Source: a virus (taxonomy: Duplodnaviria > Caudoviricetes). Taken from it: DNA of 59,479 nt. Of the stretch, positions 7,901-16,756 are shown one piece after another. A program made the translations under genes and the position numbers. Location: positions 1 through 59,479 of the IMG/VR virus record IMGVR_UViG_3300021410_000065. One strand, given 5' to 3'. The notes under the pieces are model-generated. The model made no database searches. It saw only the letters and a program-made list of their open reading frames with translations, and had not been told where the DNA came from. The first letter of the stretch is position 1. Each line of letters opens with the position of its first letter.

Positions 7901-10900
7901 GTGCCGCCTTGCGTTAACGTATCGTCCACAAGGAAGTACGTCTCACCACGCCGTACTTCGCCATCGAATTCTGGTTGCTGGAAGATTCGATCCAAGCCTC
8001 CCAACGCAGTGCGCTTTGCGCGTACTGATTGATAGATGGCTCGCGCTACTGGAAGGCCCAGCGAATCCCCAAGTTGCAGAGCGGACGCCAGCGGAATCGT
8101 ATTGAAGCCAGTCGCTTCCTCAGCCAGCACCGGCACGATGGTCGGCCGCTCATTGCCGATAGCGGAACGAACCTTTTCGATCACATCCTCTGTCATCAGG
8201 GAGGACACGAGCTCGGCCGCAGCGGCAGCATCCCCAGCTTTTGCTGCGGCATGCGTGGGGTGCTTCCCTGCGCTGCCCAAGTTGTGGCCGATCACCGTCG
8301 GTGGCAGGTCGACGGGTTCAGGGCCGCGCCGAGAATCTGCGGCCAGGGCTGTCTTTCGGCTGCTCGCGGTAAGAGACGCGGCCGCCTCCAGCATGCCCGC
8401 CTGCGCACGATCGGCGCCGGCGCGACGCAGAAACCGTCCAGCATCTACAACCATCTGCTGCAGGTCGGCATTCGTCAGTTTGAGATCGAAACCCATCGCT
8501 CGCAGCGCCGCGCGCAATTTGGCGTACACCCGCACCAGAAAATGCGGCCGCTGTCCGGTTTCCGCCATGCGGGCGAGCACCTCGCGGGCGCGGTTTGCCG
8601 GGGTGTAGTCCGGATAAGCCAGAAAGACGGCCTCCATCGTCGCGTAAAGCGGGTGGCCGGGCTTCACGTCGCGCGGGATCTTCGCGCCCTCAGGTGCCCG
8701 AGCCAAGCGACGGACATCGGCAAGTATCGCAGGGAACTGTTCGCCCAGGAATGCTTCGACTCCAAAGTGGCCGATAACCTCATGTGCCAGCACCTGTTGC
8801 AAGCGCGCTTCGCTGGACAAGTTGTCGGCCACCAAGTAGATCGCCCCTCCTTCGGTTCGAGGGTAATACACGCCCTCTGCCAATGGGGACGGCCGCGCCG
8901 CCTCGCCGATTTCACCCACGGTCTTGACGACCGAAACCTTCAACCGCGATGCCCCCGGGAGCTGCGACATGAATTTTCGCGCGGTGGCACGCGCCGTATC
9001 CACCGACACGCGACTGGCCTGATCGTGGGCGCGAGACTCAAAGGACGTGCCATGGGTGCGAAATTCTCCGGTTTCCCCGAGCGATTTCCCATCTCGCGTG
9101 ATGGCATCCGTAGGCGAGACGTCGGCTGCCTTCAGGGCTCGGGCCACATTCGCGGCGGCGTCGATCGAAGCGGGGCTGGTATCCCGCACGGAGATGAATG
9201 CACCGACGGCGTTCGACTTCTCGAGCCCGCCAAGCACTGTATCCAGACCGCCGGAGGTGCGCAGCGAGGCCATCTTTTCCAATGAAAGCGGCACAAAGGC
9301 TGACGGGCGCAAATCAGCGTTCACGAACAGCAGCCCTTCCTCTCCGTTCGAAAGCTCGCGCACAGCGACCTTTGCACGCTCTGGCGAGTTGACCGGCTCG
9401 CCCATCTTGCCCGACCGCTTAAAGACCCGCTGAGAGACCGGGATTCGTGTGACTCGCGACCGTGCCGGTATGACGTGATTCGCCTTTTCCGTTTGGGTCG
9501 CTGGGTCGTAGAAAGAAAAGGTTGGATTGCCGATGGCAAGCATGCCGCGCAACTTCACATGCGAACCGCGCGTCAGATCCGCGTATGCCTTAGTGACCTC
9601 TCGGTCCGCCCTGGAGAAGGACGCGTTGCCGCTTGGATGATTGTGAGCCAGCCAGACGTTCGACGCATTCTTGATCCGAGACACGTGTCCCGCGATAAGG
9701 CCGATCGGCGCGGTTGCGCTGGAACGATCCCCAATGCTGAATCGAATGACGCTCATCGGCCGCCCATCGGCGTCAGTGACGAGGGCGACCATCTGTTCCT
9801 GCGGCGACTTACGAATTTGTGCGAGCGCGTGCGCCGCGTCCTCGGCCGAGCTGATTCGGCCATTGGCTGCCGTCAGGTGCCCCGTCTCTCGCGCCTCGAC
9901 GTATGCTGCAAAGCGGCCGTGCTCTACTTCTTCGTGGTAGACCGCACGCGCGGGGCTGCCGATGGCGGGGAGATTTGGTACGTCGCGTGATCGTCGGGCA
10001 TCACCCCCGGGACGTTGGGTCCCAGAGCTTCCTCGGGCAGCTGGTACTGCTTGCTGCTGCGACGAGCCGCGACGGTCGGGGTCGGCGCCGAACATGTCGG
10101 CGGTGTATTGGTCTCGGGGCTGTTCGACATCTAGGTTTTTCCCTTCGGCGTCTTGGCCCGCGCCGCCTTGAATGCCCGGACGAACGCCATCGTGCCCGAG
10201 ACCATATCGCGCTGCTTCTCGCTTAACTGCGGCCTCGAAGTCGCCGTCGTCTCCTGCTCGGATTGCGGCACGTTCGAGGATTGCTTCAATTCCGGTTTCA
10301 TCTGTAATTCCTTTCTCGACGAGATAGCGGGCAGCGTCGAATCGCTGGCCGACTTTCTCCAATGAGGCACCCGCTCCCTGCGCTGCCAGAGCGTCAAACA
10401 CAGCATCGGCGAGATCCGCAGCGAAAGCCGTGTCACCACGCGCAGCATCTTCGGCCTCGCGCTCGGCATAGGCGCGCTGAGCCGCCTCATCCATCTGCGC
10501 CAATGTGTAGACCGGCTCGCCCTCCAACGCATCGCGCACTCGGTCAAGCGCCGTTTGGCCCAAGTCTACCGAGTCAGCATCCATCGGCAGGTAGCCCGCT
10601 TCTTGCATCGCGGCGACAAGCGCATCTTCCTGCATACCGTTGCGTTTGAAAAGCCCCGGTGCTCGGCGATTCGCCAAATGCGCACGATCCCCATAAATGT
10701 CGGCAGCCAACTTCGGCGAAATGCCGCCGCTTTGCTTCAGCAGACGGACGAACGACTTGCGGGCCGTTTGCCCGAAGTCGACGGACGTTTCCGCAGCAGC
10801 TGAACCGCGTGCAGGCATCGTGCGGGGCCTGGCGACGAAGCCGCCACCTTGCTGGATCACGTCAGCATCGCCATGCGCAGCAGCGGCACGAGTTGCTGCG

Positions 10901-13773
10901 CTGCGCGTAAGGAACGGCTTCCCGCCCTTCGCCAGGATGTCAGAGGCAGGCTTCTCGACCTGCAGCGTTCCCAGACCGGGATCAGGATCGACCGATGTCC
11001 GATCAACTCGCGCGGCCGGCGCCGTAAAATCCCCCGTCTTGGTCCAATCCTTGAACTGGGCCATTGACATCTCAGTCATCGCGCCCAGGCCCTTCCAGTC
11101 GTTGCTGTAACTCGATTGGTAGGCCTCGCGGGCCGCTTCCTCATTGGCGTAGCCCATCATGACCTTGTGCTCGTCAAAAGCGCCCGAGGTCGGGTCCACC
11201 TGGTCGATCACAAACACCGGTCCGGCGTAGTCGGAGGCCGTGCCCGGACGAACATATGCGTCAACATGATCGCCGTCGTTGCCAGTCGTACCACGGATGT
11301 ATCCGTAATGGCCGGCCATGCGGTTCGACCATTCCTGCCCGTCAGGCGACCGCCCACGGCGCTCCGAACCCTCCGGATTCTCCACGGTGATGTCCAGACC
11401 GGCCACTTTGATATGGCCCTTTCGATAGTTACCCGCCTCTTTCTGCGCCTCGCTCGGAGGCGCAAGGTCATTCGAGTCAGATTCGGCAGACTCATGCGCG
11501 GCGGCATCGAGCGATGCCGCCGGATGAGCAAATCCAGCGCGCATAACATCATCGGTCAATCCAAGCGACTCGCGCTCAGACGCCTGCGTGCGTTCAGCTT
11601 CCGCGGATGCGAAACGTTGGTCTGCAGTCTGTGCTGTGCCTTGTGCGTCGACAGTAACGGTGGGCGCCGGCAGCGCGGGCCGCGCTGAGCGTCCTTCCAG
11701 TGCCCCGTTGACGCCTTCCGTCAATGCCTCTGCCCCATAGGGTTGCATGCCATTCTCATGGCGGATGATGGCGGCGGTCAGACGCTGCAGCGTGTCAGGA
11801 TCGCGCAGGTTCAGCTGGGCAGTGGCCGAGACCCCCATCTCGCCAGCGACAGCGCGGGCATACGACGCAGTGTCGTTCTCGGACGACGGGGCCCAGCGAT
11901 TGAGTATCGCGGTTACCGTATCGAGGCCGTGCTTATCCTGGTACGTGAGTAGGTTGCGCGCAAGCGCTCGAATGCCTGCCTCCGGGCTGGAGAAGATAGC
12001 AAAGCGGCCATCGGCGCCGTCCACCTCGCCCTGAAACCCGATACCCTTCTCGATGTTGCCAGGGTTATTGTTTCGGATCCCGCGCGGCGCATTCCGAGGC
12101 ATGCCGGATCCTTGCCGCATCACGAACCCATCCCCGCCCGCACGCACATTCTCCGGAGCTGGTAATGCCGCGCGTTCCCGCGGTCCTTCGAGTGCCTCCA
12201 GTCGCTCAGGCGCTGGCAGCGCCAGAGTCTGCTCTTCGCCCAGGGGTTGCTCGCGCAGATCATTCAGGTCGACAAACCGGCTCTGACCATTGACGCGCAC
12301 CCGAGCTCGTCGGCCGTTTTCCCAAGCGCCGCCGGATTCGTAGCCGATGAACTCGGCAGGCTGGCCGTGCCAGAAGACCTGCTGCCCGCGCGCGAATCCA
12401 AGATCGGGGCTCGGGGATGGCTCGCTTGCTTCGGCCGTCTCGCTTTCTGCTGCCTCATCCGCGCGAGCCGCTGCCGCATCGGCGATCTCAGGAGGCATCA
12501 CCGACTCCGGCGCAGGGCGCACGATGAAACCATTGCCCGCGCGCATGACTTGAGCGCCGTCGCCCAAACCCTCTGCCGCGCGCCGCGCCCCTTCAACGGT
12601 GGCAAATGGCTTGCCATTCCGGAAGGTGACGTCCGTATCTGCAACGCGGCCAGCTACCGGGATCGAGCGCACTCGCGCTCCGTCAATCGCACCGTGTGCA
12701 ACCCCGGGGCCCGTGCCTGCCATCGCCCCCATGACTGCGTTACCAAACGACCCTTCCAGCACATCCATATCCATGCCGCCGGCGGAGTTCACAGCTGCGC
12801 GGGTGCTCACGCCCTCGGCAACCTCCTGCGCACCTTCTTCTGCGCCCGACAAAGCGGCGCGTCCTGCAGCTTGGCTTATCACTCCGCGGTTGCCCAAGAC
12901 GCGCCCCGCTGGTGACAAGATCACCCCTGTGGCCCCGCCCGTCACTGCCCCGATCGCTAGGCCAGCGGCGCTGGCCAAGTCCTCAGCTTGGCGCAGCACC
13001 TTCGCACGAGCCTGCGATGGGCTCATTCCATCTCGTAAAGCCTCCCTGAAAGGCTTTGACTCGCGCTCGAGTTCAGCGTCATCCATGCCGCCGATAATTT
13101 CCCGCGCCTGTTCGATTGCCGAGCCGCCACTTTGCGCCGATCCCGCAGCCGCGCTCGCTCCAATCTGCCCGGCCAAACCAAGCGGGCCCGCTGCGATGCG
13201 AGAGAGCAAGACAGGCCCCATCGAGCCCAGCGCTTCGGCGGCCTGCAAAGCAAGACCAGCGGTAGACGGATCCGAGCCGAATGTCCAGCTTGACGGGTCA
13301 GCGAGCGACCCATCAGGCTTGGACGTCTCAGCGGCGCGCTTCGCCGCGGATGATCGGGACTCCAACAGTCCAGCGCCCCATTCTTGCACCGTATCTGCTG
13401 CGGGATCGAGAAGATTACCTGGCATCGCAACGCCAGCGTCGAAAGCTTGATTTACAGCGGTGGCGCCAACCTCTCCGATCGCTTGCGCGACCTTGCCAGC
13501 ACCGCGAATAGCACTGCCTGTACCTCGCACAGCGCCACCAGCCACGCTCAGTGGAACGTCGATGAACTGGATGCCCTCCGGTTCGACCTCCGCAGATGAC
13601 TGCGCACGGGACGGCAAGAACGGCTCCGTCTCCGCAACGAATTGCAGCGACGCTGGCTCGGCTTGCCTTGGGCCATTGGCCCGGACATTCGCGGTGCGAT
13701 CCGCTACGCCGCCGCGAAACGCCGCACCATCTTGATCGACTGGCGGCACGTCCAAAAACTGAATTTCAGGCAT
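4996..13773 (-). CDS. Giant polyvalent virion/ejection protein (~2925 aa): lysozyme-like, InPase, JAB/RadC, zincin peptidase, PRTase and LPD38 domains
   Basis: RGIRNNNPGNI (~12080); GNYRKGH...YGYIRGTTGNDGDHVD...FDEHKVM (~11450-11050); LAHNHPSG..S..D (~9640); LAHEVIGH (~8780); FLVDDTLTQGGTL (~7920); EYKKLPDW...YVPKPFE (~5870-5780). Likely start MPEIQF at 13773 (AGGAAG RBS); the ORF is open to 13848. Confidence 0.9.
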   Translation of the reverse strand: MPEIQFLDVPPVDQDGAAFRGGVADRTANVRANGPRQAEPASLQFVAETEPFLPSRAQSSAEVEPEGIQFIDVPLSVAGGAVRGTGSAIRGAGKVAQAIGEVGATAVNQAFDAGVAMPGNLLDPAADTVQEWGAGLLESRSSAAKRAAETSKPDGSLADPSSWTFGSDPSTAGLALQAAEALGSMGPVLLSRIAAGPLGLAGQIGASAAAGSAQSGGSAIEQAREIIGGMDDAELERESKPFREALRDGMSPSQARAKVLRQAEDLASAAGLAIGAVTGGATGVILSPAGRVLGNRGVISQAAGRAALSGAEEGAQEVAEGVSTRAAVNSAGGMDMDVLEGSFGNAVMGAMAGTGPGVAHGAIDGARVRSIPVAGRVADTDVTFRNGKPFATVEGARRAAEGLGDGAQVMRAGNGFIVRPAPESVMPPEIADAAAARADEAAESETAEASEPSPSPDLGFARGQQVFWHGQPAEFIGYESGGAWENGRRARVRVNGQSRFVDLNDLREQPLGEEQTLALPAPERLEALEGPRERAALPAPENVRAGGDGFVMRQGSGMPRNAPRGIRNNNPGNIEKGIGFQGEVDGADGRFAIFSSPEAGIRALARNLLTYQDKHGLDTVTAILNRWAPSSENDTASYARAVAGEMGVSATAQLNLRDPDTLQRLTAAIIRHENGMQPYGAEALTEGVNGALEGRSARPALPAPTVTVDAQGTAQTADQRFASAEAERTQASERESLGLTDDVMRAGFAHPAASLDAAAHESAESDSNDLAPPSEAQKEAGNYRKGHIKVAGLDITVENPEGSERRGRSPDGQEWSNRMAGHYGYIRGTTGNDGDHVDAYVRPGTASDYAGPVFVIDQVDPTSGAFDEHKVMMGYANEEAAREAYQSSYSNDWKGLGAMTEMSMAQFKDWTKTGDFTAPAARVDRTSVDPDPGLGTLQVEKPASDILAKGGKPFLTRSAATRAAAAHGDADVIQQGGGFVARPRTMPARGSAAAETSVDFGQTARKSFVRLLKQSGGISPKLAADIYGDRAHLANRRAPGLFKRNGMQEDALVAAMQEAGYLPMDADSVDLGQTALDRVRDALEGEPVYTLAQMDEAAQRAYAEREAEDAARGDTAFAADLADAVFDALAAQGAGASLEKVGQRFDAARYLVEKGITDETGIEAILERAAIRAGDDGDFEAAVKREAARYGLGHDGVRPGIQGGAGQDAEGKNLDVEQPRDQYTADMFGADPDRRGSSQQQAVPAARGSSGTQRPGGDARRSRDVPNLPAIGSPARAVYHEEVEHGRFAAYVEARETGHLTAANGRISSAEDAAHALAQIRKSPQEQMVALVTDADGRPMSVIRFSIGDRSSATAPIGLIAGHVSRIKNASNVWLAHNHPSGNASFSRADREVTKAYADLTRGSHVKLRGMLAIGNPTFSFYDPATQTEKANHVIPARSRVTRIPVSQRVFKRSGKMGEPVNSPERAKVAVRELSNGEEGLLFVNADLRPSAFVPLSLEKMASLRTSGGLDTVLGGLEKSNAVGAFISVRDTSPASIDAAANVARALKAADVSPTDAITRDGKSLGETGEFRTHGTSFESRAHDQASRVSVDTARATARKFMSQLPGASRLKVSVVKTVGEIGEAARPSPLAEGVYYPRTEGGAIYLVADNLSSEARLQQVLAHEVIGHFGVEAFLGEQFPAILADVRRLARAPEGAKIPRDVKPGHPLYATMEAVFLAYPDYTPANRAREVLARMAETGQRPHFLVRVYAKLRAALRAMGFDLKLTNADLQQMVVDAGRFLRRAGADRAQAGMLEAAASLTASSRKTALAADSRRGPEPVDLPPTVIGHNLGSAGKHPTHAAAKAGDAAAAAELVSSLMTEDVIEKVRSAIGNERPTIVPVLAEEATGFNTIPLASALQLGDSLGLPVARAIYQSVRAKRTALGGLDRIFQQPEFDGEVRRGETYFLVDDTLTQGGTLASLASHITQNGGRVIGSFALTGKQYSATLRLSPETLKALRERYGNVESDFRAASGRGFDALTESEGRYLVKHDSPDAVRSRIAALAHAGGGASDPKPTPRATSEVSNSNRPGNDKAPPNAGLFDSGGPMESRAAATTLSGQQLHAAGQAVRDSALKKIGAFADREPIRDRLKKHTQNWQTKLVQGVFDQFAPIKGLSEQAYMQARLSKGTDGAAEFLVRSGKVKLTDGALDGVDGSKGLADVLADLKGEHDHFMAWIAGNRAEKLAGEGRENLFSSAEIASLKQLASGKMPDGRNRADVYRTALREFNDLQTSVMDVAEQAGLIDGATRHLWESEFYVPFYRVMEEDQTGTMGPGQIGGLVGQRAFRKLKGGSEKLGDLTANTVANWSHLLSGSMKNLAAQEALQAASTMGVADRLAGAEKGSVRVMVKGQERHYLVHDPLVLDALTSLHYVGSNDPIMKGMRKFKHALTVGVTISPTFRLRNLMRDSISAVAINTDISANPLRNMADGWKSTGKDSDTFRRLLAGGGAVRFGSFQDGQARNVKRLVEDLGVERGQVIGSPAALGRHLRKAFDWYQEVGDRAETVNRAAIYNQARKSGKTHLEASYLARDLMDFTAGGKFAAVRLLSQVVPFMNARLQGMYKLGRGAKENPARFVAVTGAVAMASALLYLGMKDDDEYKKLPDWVRNTYWVTRIGDKFVYVPKPFEVGALGTIVERGTELAFAGDDYRLKDFGKTVASVLGDQLQMSPMPQMLKPYLEASFNYDSFRDRNIDTPSQERLPEGDRYTSRTSAGAVALGKALGYSPQRIEHLVRGYFGWLGTQALSAADWAARPALDMPANPSRDMAKIENWFVVGDFLKGADTTSSKYTQRFYDQQREIDQVYAAFTQARKEGDIERARELAGDDKLKLRGLYQSANKRMQEIGQQIKRIETSATMPADEKRLRLDTLVQARNQLAMSVDERMRRAQ
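7528..7554 (-). terminator. Intrinsic terminator inside the giant gene
   Basis: AAAGCCCCGC-CAAAT-GCGGGGCTTTTT on the minus strand, starting about 27 nt after the nested ORF stop. Confidence 0.75.
7581..7769 (-). CDS. Nested +1-frame small protein (62 aa) inside the giant gene
   Basis: Has its own promoter and terminator; helical, protein-like C-terminus RLTPSEVESLLSHMQAAEPVILSRLRELRAK. Confidence 0.65.
   Translation of the reverse strand: MEMSNQTSARPAAEALTRSQNPKDAISSSMTRLTPSEVESLLSHMQAAEPVILSRLRELRAK
7811..7839 (-). promoter_or_regulatory. Internal sigma70 promoter for the nested ORF
   Basis: TTGACC-N17-TACCTT with TG extended -10. Confidence 0.65.
10131..10301 (-). CDS. Second nested +1-frame ORF (56 aa) inside the giant gene
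   Basis: AAAGGA-N7-ATG; MKPELKQ...LSEKQRDMVSGTMAFVRAFKAARAK. Confidence 0.5.
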   Translation of the reverse strand: MKPELKQSSNVPQSEQETTATSRPQLSEKQRDMVSGTMAFVRAFKAARAKTPKGKT

Positions 13774-13784
13774 TCGTTTTCTTC

Positions 13785-15533
13785 CTATTGTGCGCTGCGG
13801 TTGAACGCTGCGCGCGACATGTCCGACCCGCCCACGGAGGTCGTCCACTCATCTTCAGCGCCCTTGGCGCCTGCTTTAGCTATTGCCAACTTGTCTTCAG
13901 CTTCTTGCAGGCGGGTCCTATGAGCGTCTCGCTCTTCAGCCGGCCGCTTAAGCCCGGGCGGATTGGATCGCAGCCGATGCACTTCCTGTTCGAGCGTCCG
14001 CACCTGCGCCCGCGCAGCGTCCAAGCGCGTCCCCGCTGGGCTGTCAGGAGATTCACTGGACGGTGCGATCGCAGGTGTGCCGCGGCGCGGAGGCGCTGGT
14101 GTCGGTGCTGCCGGGCTGGCGGCTGGCGCTTGCTGGGCGCCAGTGCCTCGCGCTCGGTAGTTCGGATCGAGTTGCTGCTTGACACGCTCCAGGTCTGCCG
14201 GCGGCACAACTGATTGAGGAACGATCACGTCGTGCCCTTCGTACCGAGTGACAATTGCATGCCGCCCGTCGCTCATGCGAACCCCGCGCAGCTCGGCTTT
14301 GCCGTCACGCACAGCTGCGGAAAGGGTAGCCAAGTTCGCGGGCGTAAGCGCGCGTGATCCCGGCATGCCACGATTGAGCGCGCCAATGTTTTCGCCGATC
14401 GCGATCTGCCGGCCAATCTTCTCTCGCTGGTCATCGCCGATGTCTGTCATGCTTTCGACGCCGTTAAGCTTGAAGACGTAGGAGGTGAAGTCCTTGTTGC
14501 TCGCCGCAGGCTTCGAATCGCCCGCCTCTGCGCCGTAAGCGATAGCCCGCGTCTGGCCGTCTGCCCCCGGCGCATAAAGAATGTCGTCTTTGCCCAGCAC
14601 GCGCGGCTTGGCGGCTTCTGCCTGGCGTTCCAGCTCGGCCTTCTGCTGTTGCCTCTTCAGGTCGGTTGCTAAGTCCATGTGCGCCTTAGCTTGCTGCACC
14701 ATCATCGAGCGCGCTGTGGCTGGATCGCCAATCCGACGGATGTAATCATCCATCTGCGCTTGCGTGAACGGAGTCGTGAACTTGGCCTTGCTCGATGGGT
14801 CGTAGCCGGTGATCTCATAGATCGGCTTACCGCCGCCGGTTTCCTCGCGAGCTCGAATACCTTCGACTTGAATGCCGGTTTCGCTGAACCGGTTGAGAAA
14901 CGGAACGAACGCGTTGGGATCGCTGCTCATCTGGTACCGGTTCATTGCGGCGCTGAACGCGGTCTCTCGATGCTGGCCAATTACCTTCTCGCGACGTACC
15001 AACAGATCGAGCGCCTGATCAGGCGCACCCAATTCCAGGGCCTTCCGGTAGCCGCGAGTCAAGGTGTCCGCCATGTCGGCGTAGTCGTCGTTGCCGCCTC
15101 GTGACAAATCACCGGTCGTCAGATTTTTTTTTTGAACCGGCATCGGCTGAAGTCCACTGCTGGATCCGAAAGTTGCTCCAGCACCCCCGGCCGTTGCAGT
15201 TGGCATCGACTGGCGCACGGCGGCTTGCTGGTTGTCGTGCGCAACGGCCATGTCCAGTCCCAGAGAGCTTGTCAGGCCAGCCTGCGACTCCACGTTGAAA
15301 GCGGGCGCGACAGCGATTGGGGATAAGCCAAGCGGCGCTTCGCCGCGCGCTGCCTGTGGCGCTCCCGTATGGGATGTCACTTTCATCGCATCCGCTATTG
15401 CCTTCGTCTTGGCTTCTGCAGCAGCAGCCTTCTCCCGTGCAGCCTGCCTATCAGTCGACTGCTCAAAAATCTGCGACATCACCATACCGTTACGCAGGCC
15501 GTCGGCGAGGCCACTAGCAAAACTACCACTCAT
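13785..15533 (-). CDS. Internal virion/ejection protein
   Basis: Gly/Ala-rich N-terminus GSFASGLADGLRNG; lies just before the giant gene. Confidence 0.7.
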   Translation of the reverse strand: MSGSFASGLADGLRNGMVMSQIFEQSTDRQAAREKAAAAEAKTKAIADAMKVTSHTGAPQAARGEAPLGLSPIAVAPAFNVESQAGLTSSLGLDMAVAHDNQQAAVRQSMPTATAGGAGATFGSSSGLQPMPVQKKNLTTGDLSRGGNDDYADMADTLTRGYRKALELGAPDQALDLLVRREKVIGQHRETAFSAAMNRYQMSSDPNAFVPFLNRFSETGIQVEGIRAREETGGGKPIYEITGYDPSSKAKFTTPFTQAQMDDYIRRIGDPATARSMMVQQAKAHMDLATDLKRQQQKAELERQAEAAKPRVLGKDDILYAPGADGQTRAIAYGAEAGDSKPAASNKDFTSYVFKLNGVESMTDIGDDQREKIGRQIAIGENIGALNRGMPGSRALTPANLATLSAAVRDGKAELRGVRMSDGRHAIVTRYEGHDVIVPQSVVPPADLERVKQQLDPNYRARGTGAQQAPAASPAAPTPAPPRRGTPAIAPSSESPDSPAGTRLDAARAQVRTLEQEVHRLRSNPPGLKRPAEERDAHRTRLQEAEDKLAIAKAGAKGAEDEWTTSVGGSDMSRAAFNRSAQ

Positions 15534-15544
15534 GTGAAGTCCCC

Positions 15545-16756
15545 TTAGATTCGTTCCAGGCCAACGAGGCCCGCGGCCATATCGGCCTGAAGGTGTTGCG
15601 GAAGGCGGGTTGACCGGTCTTCCTTCGGTTCGGTGTCGCGGTGATCGCGTTCAGGCGCAGGTATGGGCGAAAGTCCCAACCGGCCCTTAATTTTCGCGAG
15701 GTCTTTGCCGAGCGCGCGGATCGCGGCGTGGTGCTTGCCACTCACACTGACCATATCCAATCCCAGGCCACCTGGCGCCACTTCATCACCGAACTGCTCG
15801 TTCATGTCCTCGGCATACGGCCCAGTGTGGCGCCCGCTGTCCTCCACGCCGTCCTTGTATTTCCAGTCTTCTACGGGCACCTTCATCAGACCTTGCAATG
15901 CCTCAGCGTCATCGACCGGCCGGCCGTCCTCCTTCAGCGTCTCGGACGACTTGGCGTACATTGCACCCGCCATCAACCCGGTACCAAGCAAGCTGCCGAT
16001 GCCAGCATTTGCAGAGTTAGCAGCGTTGACCTGCGATTGCCACTGGTTCAACGCCAAACTCCCAGAAGAATTGTTTGCGCCCACGGCTGTACCCATAAGC
16101 CCCTGCGCCGACTGCCCGGCGGCAGCAGCCTGATTCGTTTGCCCGGCCATCGCGCCCTGCGCGGAGTTGCCTCCCTGGAGGGCGGCAGCCGAGGCCGCCA
16201 AGCCGGTACCAGTTTGGTTGCGCCCGAAGCGCGCCGCCTCTTGACGCATCGACATGCCCAACAGCTTCGTATCGCTGCGCTCCTTATTCACTGCGCCCGC
16301 TGTCGCAAGCGCCTTGGCGTTGCCCTGTTCTGTCATGGCTTGAAGTCCAAGACTGCTCGTCGGCGCCACCCCCATCCGACCCATCTGGCGACCCATCTCA
16401 GCCGTCGAGGCATCGAACTGTCGCCCGACCGTCGCGGCGGCCAGGCCTTCGCGGCGCGCGACCTCTGCCGGCGAGTCGTAGGTCATGGCCTCATCGGCCA
16501 TCCGATTCTCGATGGGCTGGAAGACTGATTCGTACTGGCCCCACTGCGAGTCGGCGCGACCCGCGTTGTCACCCTGTTCGTCCAGCGCCGCCTTCAACAG
16601 CTGTTCATAGATCGGCTGGAACTGATCGTTGAGCGCCTTTTGATCCGCGTATTGCTCGCGCGAGAGTTGGAGCGCTTCGCGGCCGATTTCCGCGTTCGCC
16701 TCGGCGGCACGGCCGACTGCCGGGTCCGCTTTCGGCGTTGACGATTTACCGCCCAT
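15545..16756 (-). CDS. Pilot/ejection protein with C-terminal peptidase S74-like chaperone domain
   Basis: MGGKSSTPKADP start, Ala/Gly/Gln-rich body, SSETLKED...WKYK...HTGPYAED. Confidence 0.72.
   Translation of the reverse strand: MGGKSSTPKADPAVGRAAEANAEIGREALQLSREQYADQKALNDQFQPIYEQLLKAALDEQGDNAGRADSQWGQYESVFQPIENRMADEAMTYDSPAEVARREGLAAATVGRQFDASTAEMGRQMGRMGVAPTSSLGLQAMTEQGNAKALATAGAVNKERSDTKLLGMSMRQEAARFGRNQTGTGLAASAAALQGGNSAQGAMAGQTNQAAAAGQSAQGLMGTAVGANNSSGSLALNQWQSQVNAANSANAGIGSLLGTGLMAGAMYAKSSETLKEDGRPVDDAEALQGLMKVPVEDWKYKDGVEDSGRHTGPYAEDMNEQFGDEVAPGGLGLDMVSVSGKHHAAIRALGKDLAKIKGRLGLSPIPAPERDHRDTEPKEDRSTRLPQHLQADMAAGLVGLERI

Noticed and set aside
8664-13430. Other same-strand alternative-frame ORFs in the giant gene (8664..8915, 9321..9539, 11208..11552, 12264..12479, 13023..13430)
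   Set aside because: Arg/Ser/Pro-rich shadow composition and no convincing expression signals noticed, unlike 7581..7769 and 10131..10301.
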